This document shows, piece by piece, positions 16,926 to 30,399 of a stretch of 64,000 nucleotides of DNA (its first letter is position 1; every line of letters starts with the position of its first letter). The notes under the pieces are model-generated. The model did not search any database, had not been told where the DNA came from, and saw nothing but the letters and a program-made list of their open reading frames with translations. The DNA is from Bugula neritina (taxonomy: Eukaryota; Animalia; Bryozoa): NCBI GenBank assembly GCA_964035545.1, contig OZ037770.1, positions 12,452,642 to 12,516,641 of the forward strand, in the 5' to 3' direction. Made by a program: the position numbers and the translations under genes.

Positions 16926-18219
16926 GGGGTAAAGGGGGGCACAATGGGCCAAATTTTGAAGTTTTAGCTCTCATTCGTCTGTTTTTCAAGTTACTAGTTC
17001 AATAATCTCTAATATAAATGCTACACCAGTTGTCTATTGTAGGTATCAGTTTGTTGTTTCTCTCTCTTTCACAACCTAAAGAATAAAAAAAATTTCATGG
17101 TGAAAAAACTGGCCCGTTTTGCCCCTGTACCAGGGTACAATGGGCCACTGGGTAGGACACAACAAATATATTGAAACTTTGCGGATTTGGCTGCATCTGC
17201 TCTTTATTTATTTGATATATACACATGCAAATAAAAATACTCATTCAAATCTACAGCAAAAATCATGTTTTAGCTGTACAGTTTGTGCCACCACAAATAG
17301 CAGGGGGAGGCAACATCAAACGCACATTACTCATTTCTACGGCGCCATTATCATTACTGTGTAGAACTAAAAAGGTTTCTTCTATTTCCACTTCACAGAA
17401 ACTTTCATCAGAAAAAACACTTTAGTAACATGTGCTACAATATTCCTGTGGACTTTTTTCTATGAACTGTAGCTAAGGTGGCTAAAGTTTGTAGCTGCAG
17501 TGCAGAAAGGGGGGGGGGGTCGAGGAAATGAGCAAATCAGAATTTATTTTAGACAAATGCATGTATATTCTCTCAATGATATAATGTAAAATGAATATCA
17601 TGACCATCTATTATAGTAGCAACAGCAGAGTGTTTTGTATGATGTGTAAAATGACAAAGCTATAACCTCACCAGAGGCAGATATTGGGACAGCTTGACCT
17701 TGTAGTTTGGTAGTCGTACGATAATGTCTTTGATATTTTACAAAATAAGGTCAAAAATGGCAATATCTATAGATATTATTAAAATTTCAACTAGTTTTTT
17801 GGGCAAACAAACTATAGTAACAGTGATCAGAGTGCAATTGTCAGGTGGCCCATTGTGCCCGTGTGGCCAAGTTGAAAATAAATGTGGCTCAAGGGAATTT
17901 GCTATTATACTAGTTAAGCAATGTAGAGACAAGCAATGGCAATAATATCAGTAAAAACTAGGCTAATTGTTACCTTTGAGTGTATGAAGTTTTAAGCCTT
18001 TAATGACATCTTGAAAAATTTACTAAAAGTAGGTAAGAACAGTTTTTGACTCGCCTCTTCAACATGTATGCTTCGAAAGTGTTGAAACTATAATGGCTAA
18101 ATAATTATGTCAATACCTTTTTATTAAAAAAAATCACAGTGTTAAGTCAATAAGTACTCTCACAATTTGACCGGCTTTTTGTAGCCCTATGACCATTGTG
18201 CCCCCCCCCCCCTTACTCC
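16926..18219. mobile_element. Non-autonomous DNA transposon with TA target duplication (Tc1/mariner/pogo-type by TSD)
   Basis: TA-GGGGTAAAGGGGGGCACAATGG ... CCATTGTGCCCC(C)nTTACTCC-TA; internal copies of the TIR motif at about 17111-17148 and 17845-17865; no transposase ORF. Confidence 0.7.
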
Positions 18220-18799
18220 TACCAAATATAGCACAGTTTGTATTAGCTGGCAAAAAAATTAACAATCTTTTTTAATGTTTTGCTCTTATATATTTTTCAT
18301 TTTGAAGTAATATTATTTTAAAAATCTTTGTTTAAATTAGAAATATTGAGGTTTAATTTTAACTTTAAGCCCTTTTAAATTATGGTACAATAAAACACAA
18401 ATATAATAATGTATTTAATAAAACTTTGTGTTTCTTGTTTTTATTATAGTATTGCTGATTGTAAGTAGGCAGAAAATAAATTTGTTTGTGGAGTTTCAAA
18501 GATTAATCTAAAGTAGATGTTTAAGTTGTAAGGTTTAATATACTAGAATAAAGAACTGCATCAAACAAATGCATTGCTTAATTTGCTTATATAAGGCGAT
18601 CAAGCGAGCTCATATAAGGAGTGCCAAATGGTCAAAAATTAACTTATTGCATGTATATCTCATATTATGTTTACAATAAAGTATATTTAGCCATTATTCT
18701 TTCTCGTATGCTCACAAATAGCTATTGCAGGTTTATAATTTGCTTTCATACCTTCATAATTTAATTCAGGCTCTTTTGTCAACAATTCGGTCTCATACT

Positions 18800-19080
18800 G
18801 TTATATTGTATTATGTTATATTATATTATATATTATAATATTATATATACAGTATTATATATAATATTATATATAATCTTATATAATATAATATTATATA
18901 TAATCTTATATAATATAATAATATTATATATAATCTTATATATTATAATATTATATATAATCTTAGATATTATAATATTATATATAATCTTATATATTAT
19001 AATATTATATATAATCTTATATATTATAATATTATATATAATCTTATATAATATAATATTATATTATATTATATTATATT
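18800..19080. repeat. AT-rich minisatellite
   Basis: Tandem ATATTATATATAATCTTATAT-type units. Confidence 0.8.
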
Positions 19081-19172
19081 TGGTTACGAACCGTTACGGT
19101 TTTCCGTAAGCGGTCCTAATACGCTAAATATATAAGAAAAAACATGGGAAATCAAGCAAAATTAAGAAGAGC

Positions 19173-19226
19173 CTTAATGCTACAACCAATTTAAACCTTC
19201 ATGAGGTTGAAGTTCATGGTTATTAA
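19173..19226 (+). pseudogene. Relic 3' end of a lectin last exon (LNATTNLNLHEVEVHGY*)
   Basis: Matches the exon-4 ends of the cluster. Its downstream flank and pentamer microsatellite resemble the 3' flank of copy 4. Confidence 0.75.
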
Positions 19227-19307
19227 GCAGAATAGATTTAGCTAATTTATTGCTATTGCAATATGTCTTTGCAGTTCAAAGTATAGCTGCTTTGCTGTTA
19301 TAATATT

Positions 19308-19642
19308 TAGTGTAGTGTAGTACAGTGTAGTGTAGTGTAGTGTAGTGTAGTGTAGTACAGTGTAGTGTAGTGTACGTAGTACAGTGTAGTGTAGTGTAGT
19401 GTAGTGTAGTGTAGTGTAGTGTAGTACAGTGTAGTGTAGTGGAGTGTAGTGTAGTGTAGTGTAGTGTAGTGTAGTGTAGTGTAGTGTAGTGTAGTGTAGT
19501 GTAGTGTAGTGTAGTGTAGTGTAGTGTAGTGTAGTGTAGTGTAGTGTAGTGTAGTGTAGTGTAGTGTAGTGTAGTGTAGTGTAGTGTAGTGTAGTGTAGT
19601 GTAGTGTAGTGTAGTGTAGTGTAGTACAGTGTAGTGTAGTAC
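19308..19642. repeat. (GTAGT)n microsatellite
   Basis: Direct observation; source of the spurious TLHYT ORF. Confidence 0.95.
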
Positions 19643-19784
19643 AAAACTTTACAATAGCTTAATTGAACTGCAAAGACATATTACAATAGCAACTACACTA
19701 CGGACACTATAATAGTGTCCGTAGTGTAGTTGCTATTGTAATATTATGTCTTTGCAGTTCAATTAAGCTATTGTAAAGTTTTGT
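19641..19784. repeat. Near-perfect palindrome, about 70-bp arms
   Basis: ACAAAACTTTACAATAGC...GGACACTAT / ATAGTGTCC...GCTATTGTAAAGTTTTGT. Confidence 0.9.
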
Positions 19785-19911
19785 TGAATTTGTGGTATGT
19801 GTGTTAATTGTCATTTGAATAAGGAACTGTTTTGTGAACAATTTGTTGTTAGAGCAGTTTTATATCTTATAGTTGACAATTTTATTTATAATATATCTTT
19901 CATATATGAAA

Positions 19912-20121
19912 GCAGCCGTGATCTCGAGGTTACAGTGTTTGGCTTAACAAACAGAAAATCATGGGCTCTAAGCTCAGTAAAAGCCATTGGTGAGGCTAGC
20001 AAAGGCACTTGTAGTCATAATTGCTCTTGTGTCACAGATTATGAATAAGTCCTTAGTACGCTTGAAACAAACCCTTCTGTCGGGTTTCTTGTAGGGATGG
20101 CTACTATATAAACTTCCGTGA
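19912..20121 (+). mobile_element. tRNA-derived SINE, diverged second copy
   Basis: Aligns by eye to the reverse complement of 4055-4260 (GCCATTGGTGA, AGTCATAATTGCTC, AAGTCCTTAG, TATAAACTT blocks). Confidence 0.6.
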
Positions 20122-20570
20122 TATTTTTTTTCAAAACTAAAATTGCATTTTTATTATTTATAGTATATCCAATTTTGTTGTTGCTTTATTTTGATTTGCA
20201 TATTGTTTTACAAGCTTGGAAGCAATGACGATGGAGTAATAACTTCCGATGAGTTTCTATTGATTTTTGTACAACTGTAATAGATCACTTAAATATGCAT
20301 CATATGTACTAGACTATTGTTTTCTTGTTAAATCAATACAAGTTTTACCAATGTGTGAAAGAAGCTTTATTTGATGAGTATCATATATTTTCATTAGGGG
20401 TAAATGCAAGTATTAAAACTTTATTTCTTTCCATAAACTTATAGTTTAGATAAACAATACTTTTGAAACGCATGCTTACTTAAAACACCAGCTTCACTAA
20501 GACAAACTATAATAACAGCAAATAAATAAGGAATGAATATCTAGTTTTAAAGTTTAGTAGTTTAGTTTGT

Positions 20571-21087
20571 GGAGGATGTAACGGTTTCATCCCAGTTAGC
20601 CGATCGGCTAAATTTTCCACTATTGGACGATTCCCAGTTAGACGATATTTTTTATTTTGGTGCCATATAACTTTATAGTAATATACCTGTATATAACTGT
20701 TGCATTCATTGCTAATTAGCTAAAATACTAATAGCTACAATAGCTAACTTGACTTATCTGGAATAATATTCTAGTTCTCATAGATTTGTGTGAGACAAAA
20801 AAACAGTAATAGATTAATAATAAACATTATCTTTAATTAATCAATACTCATGCATTAACAAAATATCTGTTTAAACAAGAAGCACAAAATATGTAAAATT
20901 AATATGTTAATGCAGATCAAAGAGATTTATTTATGTGCTCATTATGTGCTTTATTTAAATATGCATATATTTAAAGAACAATCAAATAAATTGCACATAC
21001 AATATATATTGTACCAATATAAATAAATAGCGTCCAAGTGGGAAAGTTAGCCTATCGTCTATCTGGGATGACACCGTTATATCCTCG
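20571..21087. mobile_element. MITE with about 55-bp imperfect TIRs (Tc1/mariner-like)
   Basis: GAGGATGTAACGGTTTCATCCCAG... versus ...CTGGGATGACACCGTTATATCCTCG-TA; left TSD not preserved. Confidence 0.7.
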
Positions 21088-22158
21088 TAGACCATTTCTA
21101 GCTGAATTTACATTTTGCAGTTAATTACTAAACTTCATAGCCATTAAAAAACTTGTAGCATTTAAATATAAATCCATGTTGAAAGTATTAAATTGTTAGC
21201 AAAATAAATCAATATCTTTGGATTATAAGCAAAAGTTTTTATTTGATTCACAGAAATACAGAATATTATATGAAGACACTTTTCGGTCACATATTAGATG
21301 TACAGATTTAATTCTAAATGCCTTAAAGTAACACCTTGACTGAAGTAAAAAATTTGCAAATAATATGAACAAAAAAATGAAATAAATTGCAAAAATGTAG
21401 TTTAGGGCAGCAGAAATGAATGGAATTTCTAAACAAATTAGTTATTGCTTTGTAATTTAAATAATAGCTAAATTATGACCGTTTGCAGGACAAATAAACA
21501 TTGAATCAAATATAAAAAATCGTCTTTAAATAACAATTCCTAAATATTCAAATTATTTGTAAAACACAGTAAGAATCTGAACGTTAAAATTTACTGAAAC
21601 ACTTTTACGACACCGTAATAAGAGACCAGTCTTCAGAAAAAAGCTATGTATTGTTAGCACTTATATAGCTGTCACCTATTGTGCAAACATAACCTAGGAA
21701 ATTAGGCTACCTCAGCTCCACTTAATTGATTAGTAGTTGTTTTCTATAAAAGGAATTCTTTTAATTTGCCAGTAGATAAAAAATAAATAATTGATTGACT
21801 TTTGTTTATTATTAGCTGAAATAAGTTCTTTAAGTATAGCAACTTATACCAAGTGTACATTTTGCTAAATGAATAACTATATAGGTTTCTTCAGTTGCAG
21901 CTTGTTTTAATATATTTACTATAAATAAACTTTTGTTGAAAACAGCCAAAAATCTAACTGCAATGATTGTGGAACTACATCTCTGCTGATAGTTACAGTA
22001 TATCTTTCGTTTAACTCTTTCATATGAAGAGTGTCAGTATAATGATTGATAATTATACATAAAACTAAATATATTTCCACAAATGCGTGCATGAATAAAG
22101 TAAAATAATTTTGTAAAACTGCAGACAACATAATTATATTAAGGTATAGCTCAACAAA

Positions 22159-22410
22159 CTACACTACACTGCACTGCACTGCACTGCACTGCACTGCACT
22201 GCACTGCACTGCACTGCACTGCACTGCACTGCACTGCACTGCACTGCACTGCACTGCACTGCACTGCACTGCACTGCACTGCACTGCACTGCACTGCACT
22301 GCACTGCACTGCACTGCACTGCACTATACTATGTACACTACACTACACTACACTACACTATACTGCACTGCACTGCACTGCACCGCACCACACCACACTA
22401 CACTACACTA
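22159..22410. repeat. (CACTG)n/(CACTA)n microsatellite just 3' of copy 4
   Basis: Direct observation. Confidence 0.95.
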
Positions 22411-22445
22411 TATATTATAGCAGCAATTAAAGCAGCTACTAATGT

Positions 22446-24275
22446 TTAATAACCATGAACTTCAATCTCGCAAAGATTTAACCAAGTTGTGGCATTGAAT
22501 AGAATCTGAACAAATCGGCCACTGATTGGTTGATCACATGTAATCAGAGTGTAGTATTGGTTAAGATAACCATCAACATATTTACACAGAACTTCTCTGT
22601 TAGATCCAGTAAACTCTATATCTTCCTCTACCATAGCAACTGTTACTTCTGGGTTGACTGATCTCTGGCTAAGCTCTTTATCTAGAAACGAACATTATAT
22701 CTTATGTACAATAGTTTCATTTGTTTTATAAAGTCACTATTAAACTGTTTATGAATTATTTTGCGTGACAACTTTGTCTAAATATCCTTATAATACAAAA
22801 ATACACAAACAATTTTTTTTCGAAAAAGTATCAATGTACGTGAAGCCATAGAAACAAACCTGTGAATAAGTAGCTGTTGCCTTGCATGGCTGTACTTAAT
22901 AATCCGTAGCAATGAACTGTTGAGTGTAGAATTTGAAATGATGGACGACAAGCATAATCTGTTTACTTAATACTCAATCAAAATATTTAGTTGTCAGTTG
23001 GCTTGAAGCTTCTACTTTGTGGATATATTCACAAAGTAGAAGCTCTTTATAGTAGCACAAGTTGTAGTGGTGCACCACAGTAATGTACATCAGCCTGTTA
23101 TATATAATGCATACATTTCACAACTAATAATTGTGCTGAAATCCTTGATATACAACTCAGAATGAAAAAAAAGAGCAGAAAATAATTAAGGCTAGAATTT
23201 CATCTGAAAGAGTTGCATCCTTATTGTTACAGCTACAAGCAGTTTTTTAGTGGGCTATATATCAAGCAGATTCTTGTCTATATTATAATATACTCTTCTA
23301 ACAGCTAGTGTGCCTTACTATTATATCTATTCAGAATATACACAGCCCAGACACAGTGTACATCTCCCAGGTCTACTCTCCACCATGGTCTGGTCTCTTC
23401 ATTACTGTGAGCCAATGATTTACCTATTACTTTATAGATTCCATCAACAGCCATTTCTGCTTTATGATCAGCTAGAACAGATGACAGCTTTGCTGACTTG
23501 TCTGAAAATAAATAATTCTAATAAACAAGATTTTTACAAGAGATAATTTGCTATTTACTTTGCTTCATTTGATATGGAGAAACATTTTTTTTAAATTTCA
23601 GAATTCTGTTGTTTTTTTAAATAAGCCTTTTATCTTTGTTTAAGTGGGCAATGGTTATCATCAAACTAGCTTTTCCAAAATTGCTGTTTTCAACAAAATA
23701 AGTTTAAAGCAAGTTCAAACAAATATAGATTTAAATAAATGTTCTCACTTCTAGCCAGTAACTTGCTAAACTGCTCTCCAACATCTGCTCTGACGTAGAA
23801 ATCAGAATAATCTCCCTGTCCTTCAGGATACAGATTAGGATTAACACATGTTTTAACAGAGCACTTCTTGGTTAGCCAATCAGATGTGAATCCATTGCAT
23901 TCTTCTTTTGTCATGCAATCGGAAGCACAGCGAAGAGTAGAACTGATTGCACTGGAGAGAGATTCTGGCATGACATAACTCTTGTAGAGGACACCTTGGT
24001 AACCAAATATAGCCAGAGCTGTGAGCTCTACCAACACCACTGCAAAAATGGCAATAAAACCATGTAGATTACTTTTTTGTAATCAATGACTGGTTTTTAT
24101 ATATTTTTAGTCACGTAATAGTTTATGCAGTTGTATAGCTATGATTTTTATATGCAAGAAAATAAACAAGAATTTTTTTAAGTTTTAGTAATTGATTTCA
24201 TTTTTCATGGCATATTCTCCAATACCATTATGATATAAACTTACCAAATTTGCATACAAAAAGTCCACAAGCCAT
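22446..24275 (-). CDS. Secreted PAN + F-type lectin protein, copy 4 (246 aa, intact; 7-aa deletion in PAN exon)
   Basis: Exons 24275-24245, 24039-23749, 23501-23319, 22681-22446; GT-AG, phase 1-1-1, 741 nt. Confidence 0.85.
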
Positions 24276-26528
24276 TTTCTTGCAGCTCCTTAAAGCTAGA
24301 TAATATTAAACCAATAAGTCTTTATGAGGAGAAAATGTTTATGTAAACAAAAGGAGTGGCAGCTAAGCAACCATTCATTTGATCGATTCTTTCTCATGTT
24401 ATAGTTTACAAAATAAATTAATAATTGTAAAGGTTTTGATTAAACTAGCTTTACAAAAAGACAGTTATATTTTTCTTTTAAATCAATTACTACAAATTTT
24501 GATTACATGATTATAGCTTTTCATTAGAAAGCATCATTAACTACAATGTATCATTAAATAACTTGCAAGCTCAGCATTGAATAAAGTTATGAACTCTTCA
24601 TAATTGTTATTCTATATGAAATAAAACGGCCCTTAATAAAATCTATGTAGGGAAGAAAGAAAACTTTAAAAATTATCTTGTGTATCTTTTTGTGCTCTCA
24701 ATTGGCACCTTTTTTTAAAATTAATTTTTACTTCAATTTTACTTTTGTTATGTTTCAAAAGCCGTTTATGCTGCGGCAACTTTTTTTAAAAACCACGCCC
24801 TGACCAGTACCCTCAGAATTTATCATTTATATCTAAGTGTGCTAACTTAAAAAAAACTATATTGACACAGCCCTACGGTAATGGTGCTTAGGAATGTTTT
24901 TGGCTTTTAGCAGTAACTCCAAGAGGTTTATTGTAAATAAGTGACATACTCAAGCACTCTTGTAGCTTAGAGCCCAACTTTTAGCAATTACACTTATTGT
25001 TTGCCGTTAAACATGGTATAATAGCTTCAGTAGTAAATGTGTGTTTGTTACTTGTTTAGGTACATTATAAATCCAGGGACGCGTAATTCAATAAACTCTG
25101 TACTACTTTTAAGTCTAGGCTTATTATTCGATTGCTTGAAGCTATTATTTCTAGCTGCAACAATCCTTATGAGTAATTGACTAAACACCTTTTGCTCACT
25201 TGTTAAAGCAAGTTTAATACAATGAATGTTATGTAAATATTTTAATGCAGAAAGCTAAGTAATTAGTTTAATTACCAAATAAGTTTGTTTCTAAAAGCTG
25301 GAGTAAATAAAAGGACTGAGAATTATTCTTGCTATATTTAGGTTGACAGCAATTTTCACAAAACCATAAAAAGAAAAAGCCACGGCACTACTATAACTGG
25401 TTAGTCATGCATGAACTAATTAGTATTTTACTAAAAACACGTAGACTACCCATAGAGTACATTTGTTGAAGATCTAAGGCCACAATTAATATTAAGCAAA
25501 CAGATTTATATACTATGCAATACATTAGTTTGGCCAAGTTGTAAACAATAAACACTCTTGCATTGCAAATTACTACAATTTTTTGTATATATTCAAGCTC
25601 TCTTTAAAAATCATATAGACGCAAAATGCAACATATTTAAAAAATGCATTCATTACATTATAGCCTAAAAGCTACTGGAGAAAATATGCATGCTGTTGGA
25701 ATTTGGACTAACTTAACTACTCAAAGTTTGTAAGCCTCTAAAACGCATAGACACTGGTATTCGTGTACCTTCTATCCTCCGCCATGGCTGGGAACAAAAC
25801 AGCTTTAGTTTAGTATAGTGTACATATAGTTATGTCTATTATAGCTTTGTATCGGGTTACCAAATTTATTATTTTTTTTAATAATGCACCATTCCTTATA
25901 CTATAAAACTTATAAAGTGCTTTTGGATTAAATGGATTAGATGACATTTTTTGTTCAGCAATGTACCACGCATAATAAACCTAAACTGTAAAACTTGCTC
26001 AATTTGCAGACTACATTGTCTCACCTAATATTAATCGGCAGCACTAGTTGAAGATGTCTATACCAACTTTGGTAGGTACAAACCATTTATTTATAGCAAT
26101 GAAGCAATATATAGTGCAGTGTGCATACATTTATTTCTGTTATCAAATGAATTGACAGCAACTAAGTAATGATACTGTGTATATAGCATCACTCTGTTTA
26201 GCATCAACACAGTTATATATAGCTAACTCAGGTGTAATCAATGCAAGTGAAAAGTTTCTACAATATTTCTGGCTCATAATATTCAAGCTGTTTCAATACT
26301 CTTCGTCATAAAAGATGTCAGCAGAAGGCAACTCTGCAAATGTGTGATAATTACCTAACTTAGCATGAAGTACAAAATGACAATATAAAATAATCTGAGA
26401 ATCGAAAGTTTTGAGCATGACTGAAATGGTTTTTTCACAAAAGCCCATGAATTAATACAATCACAATACACAGTATGATATGAAAGTCCAACTCCGTACA
26501 ATATAGCAGCAAAGCATATTGCCATCAT

Positions 26529-28893
26529 CTAATAACCATGAACTTCAACCTCATGCAGGTGTAACCAAGTTGTAGCATTAAACAGAATCTGAACAAATCG
26601 GCCACTGATTGGTTGATCACATGTAATCAGAGTGTAGTATTGGTTGAGATAACCATCAACATATTTACACAGAACTTCTCTGTTAGATCCAGTAAACTCA
26701 ATATCTTCCTCTACCATAGCAACTGTTACTTCTGTGTTGACTGATCTCTGGCTAAGATGAGGTTCTAAAACACATGAAGGAAAGTTTTTTGAGAGCACTA
26801 TCTGAGCAAGTGTCTTTTGGGAGCAAAAAATTAAAGAGCAAATAATTCTGCTAAATGCTATCTGATGTCACAGCTTAGACTAAGATCGACTCCTGTAATG
26901 ACAACTGCTTTATTACTTTAATATTTTAGCTAAGCTAATAAGCACATGATCATATGTGTTACCCGTTGGCCACCGATAAAATTTAAGATATTTATAGTAC
27001 AGGCAAGTGAAAATGTAGCCAATAAGAAGGAAATTAAGTTAAAAACAATTGTGTTTATTCGACTACTTCTTTATAAGTTGAAGATATGTCATTTAAAAAT
27101 ATATTTTTAATATTTTTCAATCTAAGATCAATCATATGAATGGATTGGTATTAAAAATTTAACATAATTCACGAAATAAATTAGTTAAGCTTTGCGCAGT
27201 GCTAAATTCTTCATGATGAAAATAAAATTAGAAGCAAATGATTATAATTGAGTCATTCAAAATATAAATTTCTCACTAAGAAGCTGGTGTGAGTGATTAT
27301 ACCAGCTTCTTGGCAATCAGAAAACCTATGGTTTGCAATTCAATATGTACCCAAAAATTACCTAATCACATATATATAGGTGCTATAAGTATATTCTTGC
27401 AACTTGTACAGTAGACAACTTGCATGTTTGCTTAACCATTGTTTAGCATAACTTAAAGCAGTTAAATTAATTTGCCATTATACAGCTGAAATATTATTTA
27501 AAAATCTGCATCAACTTCACCTACTTTAATATTAGGCTAAAAGAAAAGTTTTGAAAAACATTTAAAATGCAATTTAGCACAATGAAAGGGCATGTTAGTG
27601 CTAGTTAAACACTAAACATACACCAACAAAATTATTATTATGAAGCTAAAAGCATTTTATACCTAAAACCAAAATAATTTGTACATTTCTAAGAGACAGC
27701 AAGCATTTTTAGCAGAAAAATGGCATCACAAAGCTATTCAAATTCTCTACTTACTAACAAATCTGTTTAGAATATTTACAGCCCAGACGCAATGTACATT
27801 TCCCAGGTCTACTCTCCACCACGGTCTATTCTCTCTTCTACTGTGTACCATTGACAGCATGTCATTTTCTAGGTCTTTATAGCGTCCATCAACAGCCATG
27901 GAAGCTTCATAGTTGTGTGATCCGGTATAAACGGATGACAGCTTGGCTGACTTCTAAAACATGAAATAATTGAGTAGACTAACAAGGTTTGACATTAATT
28001 GGTTTACAGCATAAATTATTTGCAATAGCACAAGAACTAATGTTATTTTTCAAAATTAAAAAAATTGTCCCTGAAGTTGAGCCTTTCAATTTTTGTTGCA
28101 AGAAACAATAGCTATTATTAAACTTTCTAACTAAAATTCAACTTATTCTAATTTTTTCTAAAATAACAATCAAAGCGTAACAATATTTAAAGTAAATGTA
28201 AATAAACACTTTATGCTCACTTCTAGCAAGTAATTTACTAAAAGATTTTCCAACATCTGCTCTGATGTAGAAATCAGAATAATCTCCTTGTCCTTCAGAA
28301 TACAGATTAGGGTTAACACATGTTTTAACAGAGCACTTCTTGGTCAGCCAATTAAATGTGAATCCATTGCATTCTTCTCTTCTCATACAATCAAAGCCAC
28401 AGTAGCTGGTAGAGATGGTTGCCCCAAAGTCATGTTGTGAAATGTTGGAGAGAGATTCTGGCATGACATAACTCTTGTAGAGAACGGTCTGGTAACCAGA
28501 TACAGCCAAAACTATAAGCCCAAACAATATCACTGCAAATAAATAGACAGAAAATAATAATATTCTGTACTATAATCATGGCATTAGCTAGCTATACCAT
28601 CTTTAAGCTTGATAGTTAAACTATTATTTAAAGCATGATAATGTTATTATTTAGAAAACTAAGCATCTTTAAACATTAAACTTACCAGTAATTAACCATG
28701 CAGTAGGCCTATTAGTTATACAATACTTATACCTGCTATAGTAATCCATTTTCAAAAAGTAATTAGAAAATGAAGAGTCATAATATTTGCAGTGTTTATT
28801 GTTGATTGAGTAGAAATTTCATTATGCAAGATCTAGCACAAGTATAACACTACTAAACTTACCAAATCTCCATTTTGGAAAGTTCTCAGTCAT
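26529..28893 (-). CDS. PAN + F-type lectin copy 5; exon-3 acceptor out of phase (PAN-only product, pseudogene, or rescued by a nearby AG)
   Basis: Exons 28893-28863, 28532-28221, 27953 (or 27946)-27755, 26764-26529. Exon 3 lacks 2 nt relative to its paralogs; the AG giving start 27946 restores frame. Confidence 0.7.
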
Positions 28894-29632
28894 TTTCTCA
28901 AAATGTTCAGCAGCCAAAGAATATTGAAGCTAGATATCTGAAGAGAGGACCGTTTAGTTAAACCTGATGTGTTACAGTTGAGAAACACTTCATTTGTTCA
29001 ATCATTTCTCAAGTGAGTTACAGCAGAAGTAATTACGGTAAAAGTATGGATTAAAGTTATATAGAGATAATGATTAATTTCTTGTTCTATATATTGGTTG
29101 TTTGAAACTATATTCATGCTGATTGCAGTGCTCTTTTTTAACAAAACCAAATGCACAACATTAAAGAAATGAAAACTCATCAAATACATTTTAGCAAATT
29201 AACTTTTACCAAGCAACACGCTTGTTTGATGATGTTTTTTATTCTCGTACAATGCACTGTGTTTATATAAATGTGTAGCACAATCAATTTAATGGCTTCT
29301 AACACAAAATTAGATTTCATCTCAAACCGATCAGGAATTATAAAAACCAAAAAAAAGTTCACCAAATGTATTATGGTAAGAAAGCTTTTCCAAAAAAGAC
29401 CTTACATATTTCTCAATCGCTAACTAATGAATATCTCTATTGTCTTATTTAAGAAATCTTGCAAAACAATAGAATGCTATAAAAATAGAAGATATGCATA
29501 CTGATTGATTAGATCAAACAGGCTTTATACTATGTTATAAGGTACACATGTACATGCAGATACTCAGATGAAATACAGGAGCTCGTAAATATATACGAGT
29601 GCATACATTATAAATTTATATACGTGTATATT

Positions 29633-29734
29633 CATTAAACAGAGTCTGAACAAAGCGGCCACTGATTGGTTGATCACATGTAATCTGAATGTGGTATTGG
29701 TTGAGATAACCATCAACATATTTACACAGAACTT
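29633..29734 (-). pseudogene. Relic internal fragment of lectin exon 4
   Basis: About 100 bp highly similar to the [13 protein letters not shown]...SGRFVQ segment; no flanking exon sequence. Confidence 0.8.
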
Positions 29735-29900
29735 ATCCTTTATAGATATATGTTAGACTCTCAGCAATTAGAAAGTGAAATATAGATTTTAAACGTAATT
29801 ATTGCTTGTATTTCGACTATATATATGTTAGAAACTAATTTAAGAAAAGTATTGATTAATCTTATATAGCTTAAAACACTTGATTTACCAAATGTGCTAT

Positions 29901-30399
29901 TGTGAAGGCCAAGGGACATGTTATGTTACCCCCTTCTTACATAGGGCAATCATGGAACCACGTCCATGCATAAGTACAGGTGTATTATATTTATAAATGT
30001 GTTATGACTATAAGCTACTCCGATAATGCAGCACTCTCTTCGGACAGTGGCACAGGGTACTGTGACAGTCCGTAGGTTTTCACCACGGAACCTATATGGA
30101 CCAATCAGAGCCTAACCTGGGTTTATAAGGAGTACCTTCCAGGTGCCCAGACTCACTTTGCTCTTGGACTAAGTTATTATAGTATTACTATACTAAGCTC
30201 ACTAGTGTACAAATCTCTATCTTGTATTACTTCTTACTTTGATGTAGCTTCACTTTTGATTAGCCTATTATAAATATATTTGTTCAATCACAACTAACAC
30301 TTAATTCTCACAAAAACTTGTATACAAGAGTTATGTTCCAGCGTTGCAAAACACACACTCATAACTCACACTTGTGTAGTAGCTCGAAAAACTACAACA
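29901..30399 (+). mobile_element. Solo LTR (499 bp)
   Basis: TG...CA ends, 4-bp TSD CTAT on both sides, internal CCAAT and TATA-like motifs. Confidence 0.7.

Noticed and set aside
28686-28732. Extra exon-like segment in intron 1 of lectin copy 5
   Set aside because: Its length and phase are incompatible with exon 2; no counterpart in paralogs.
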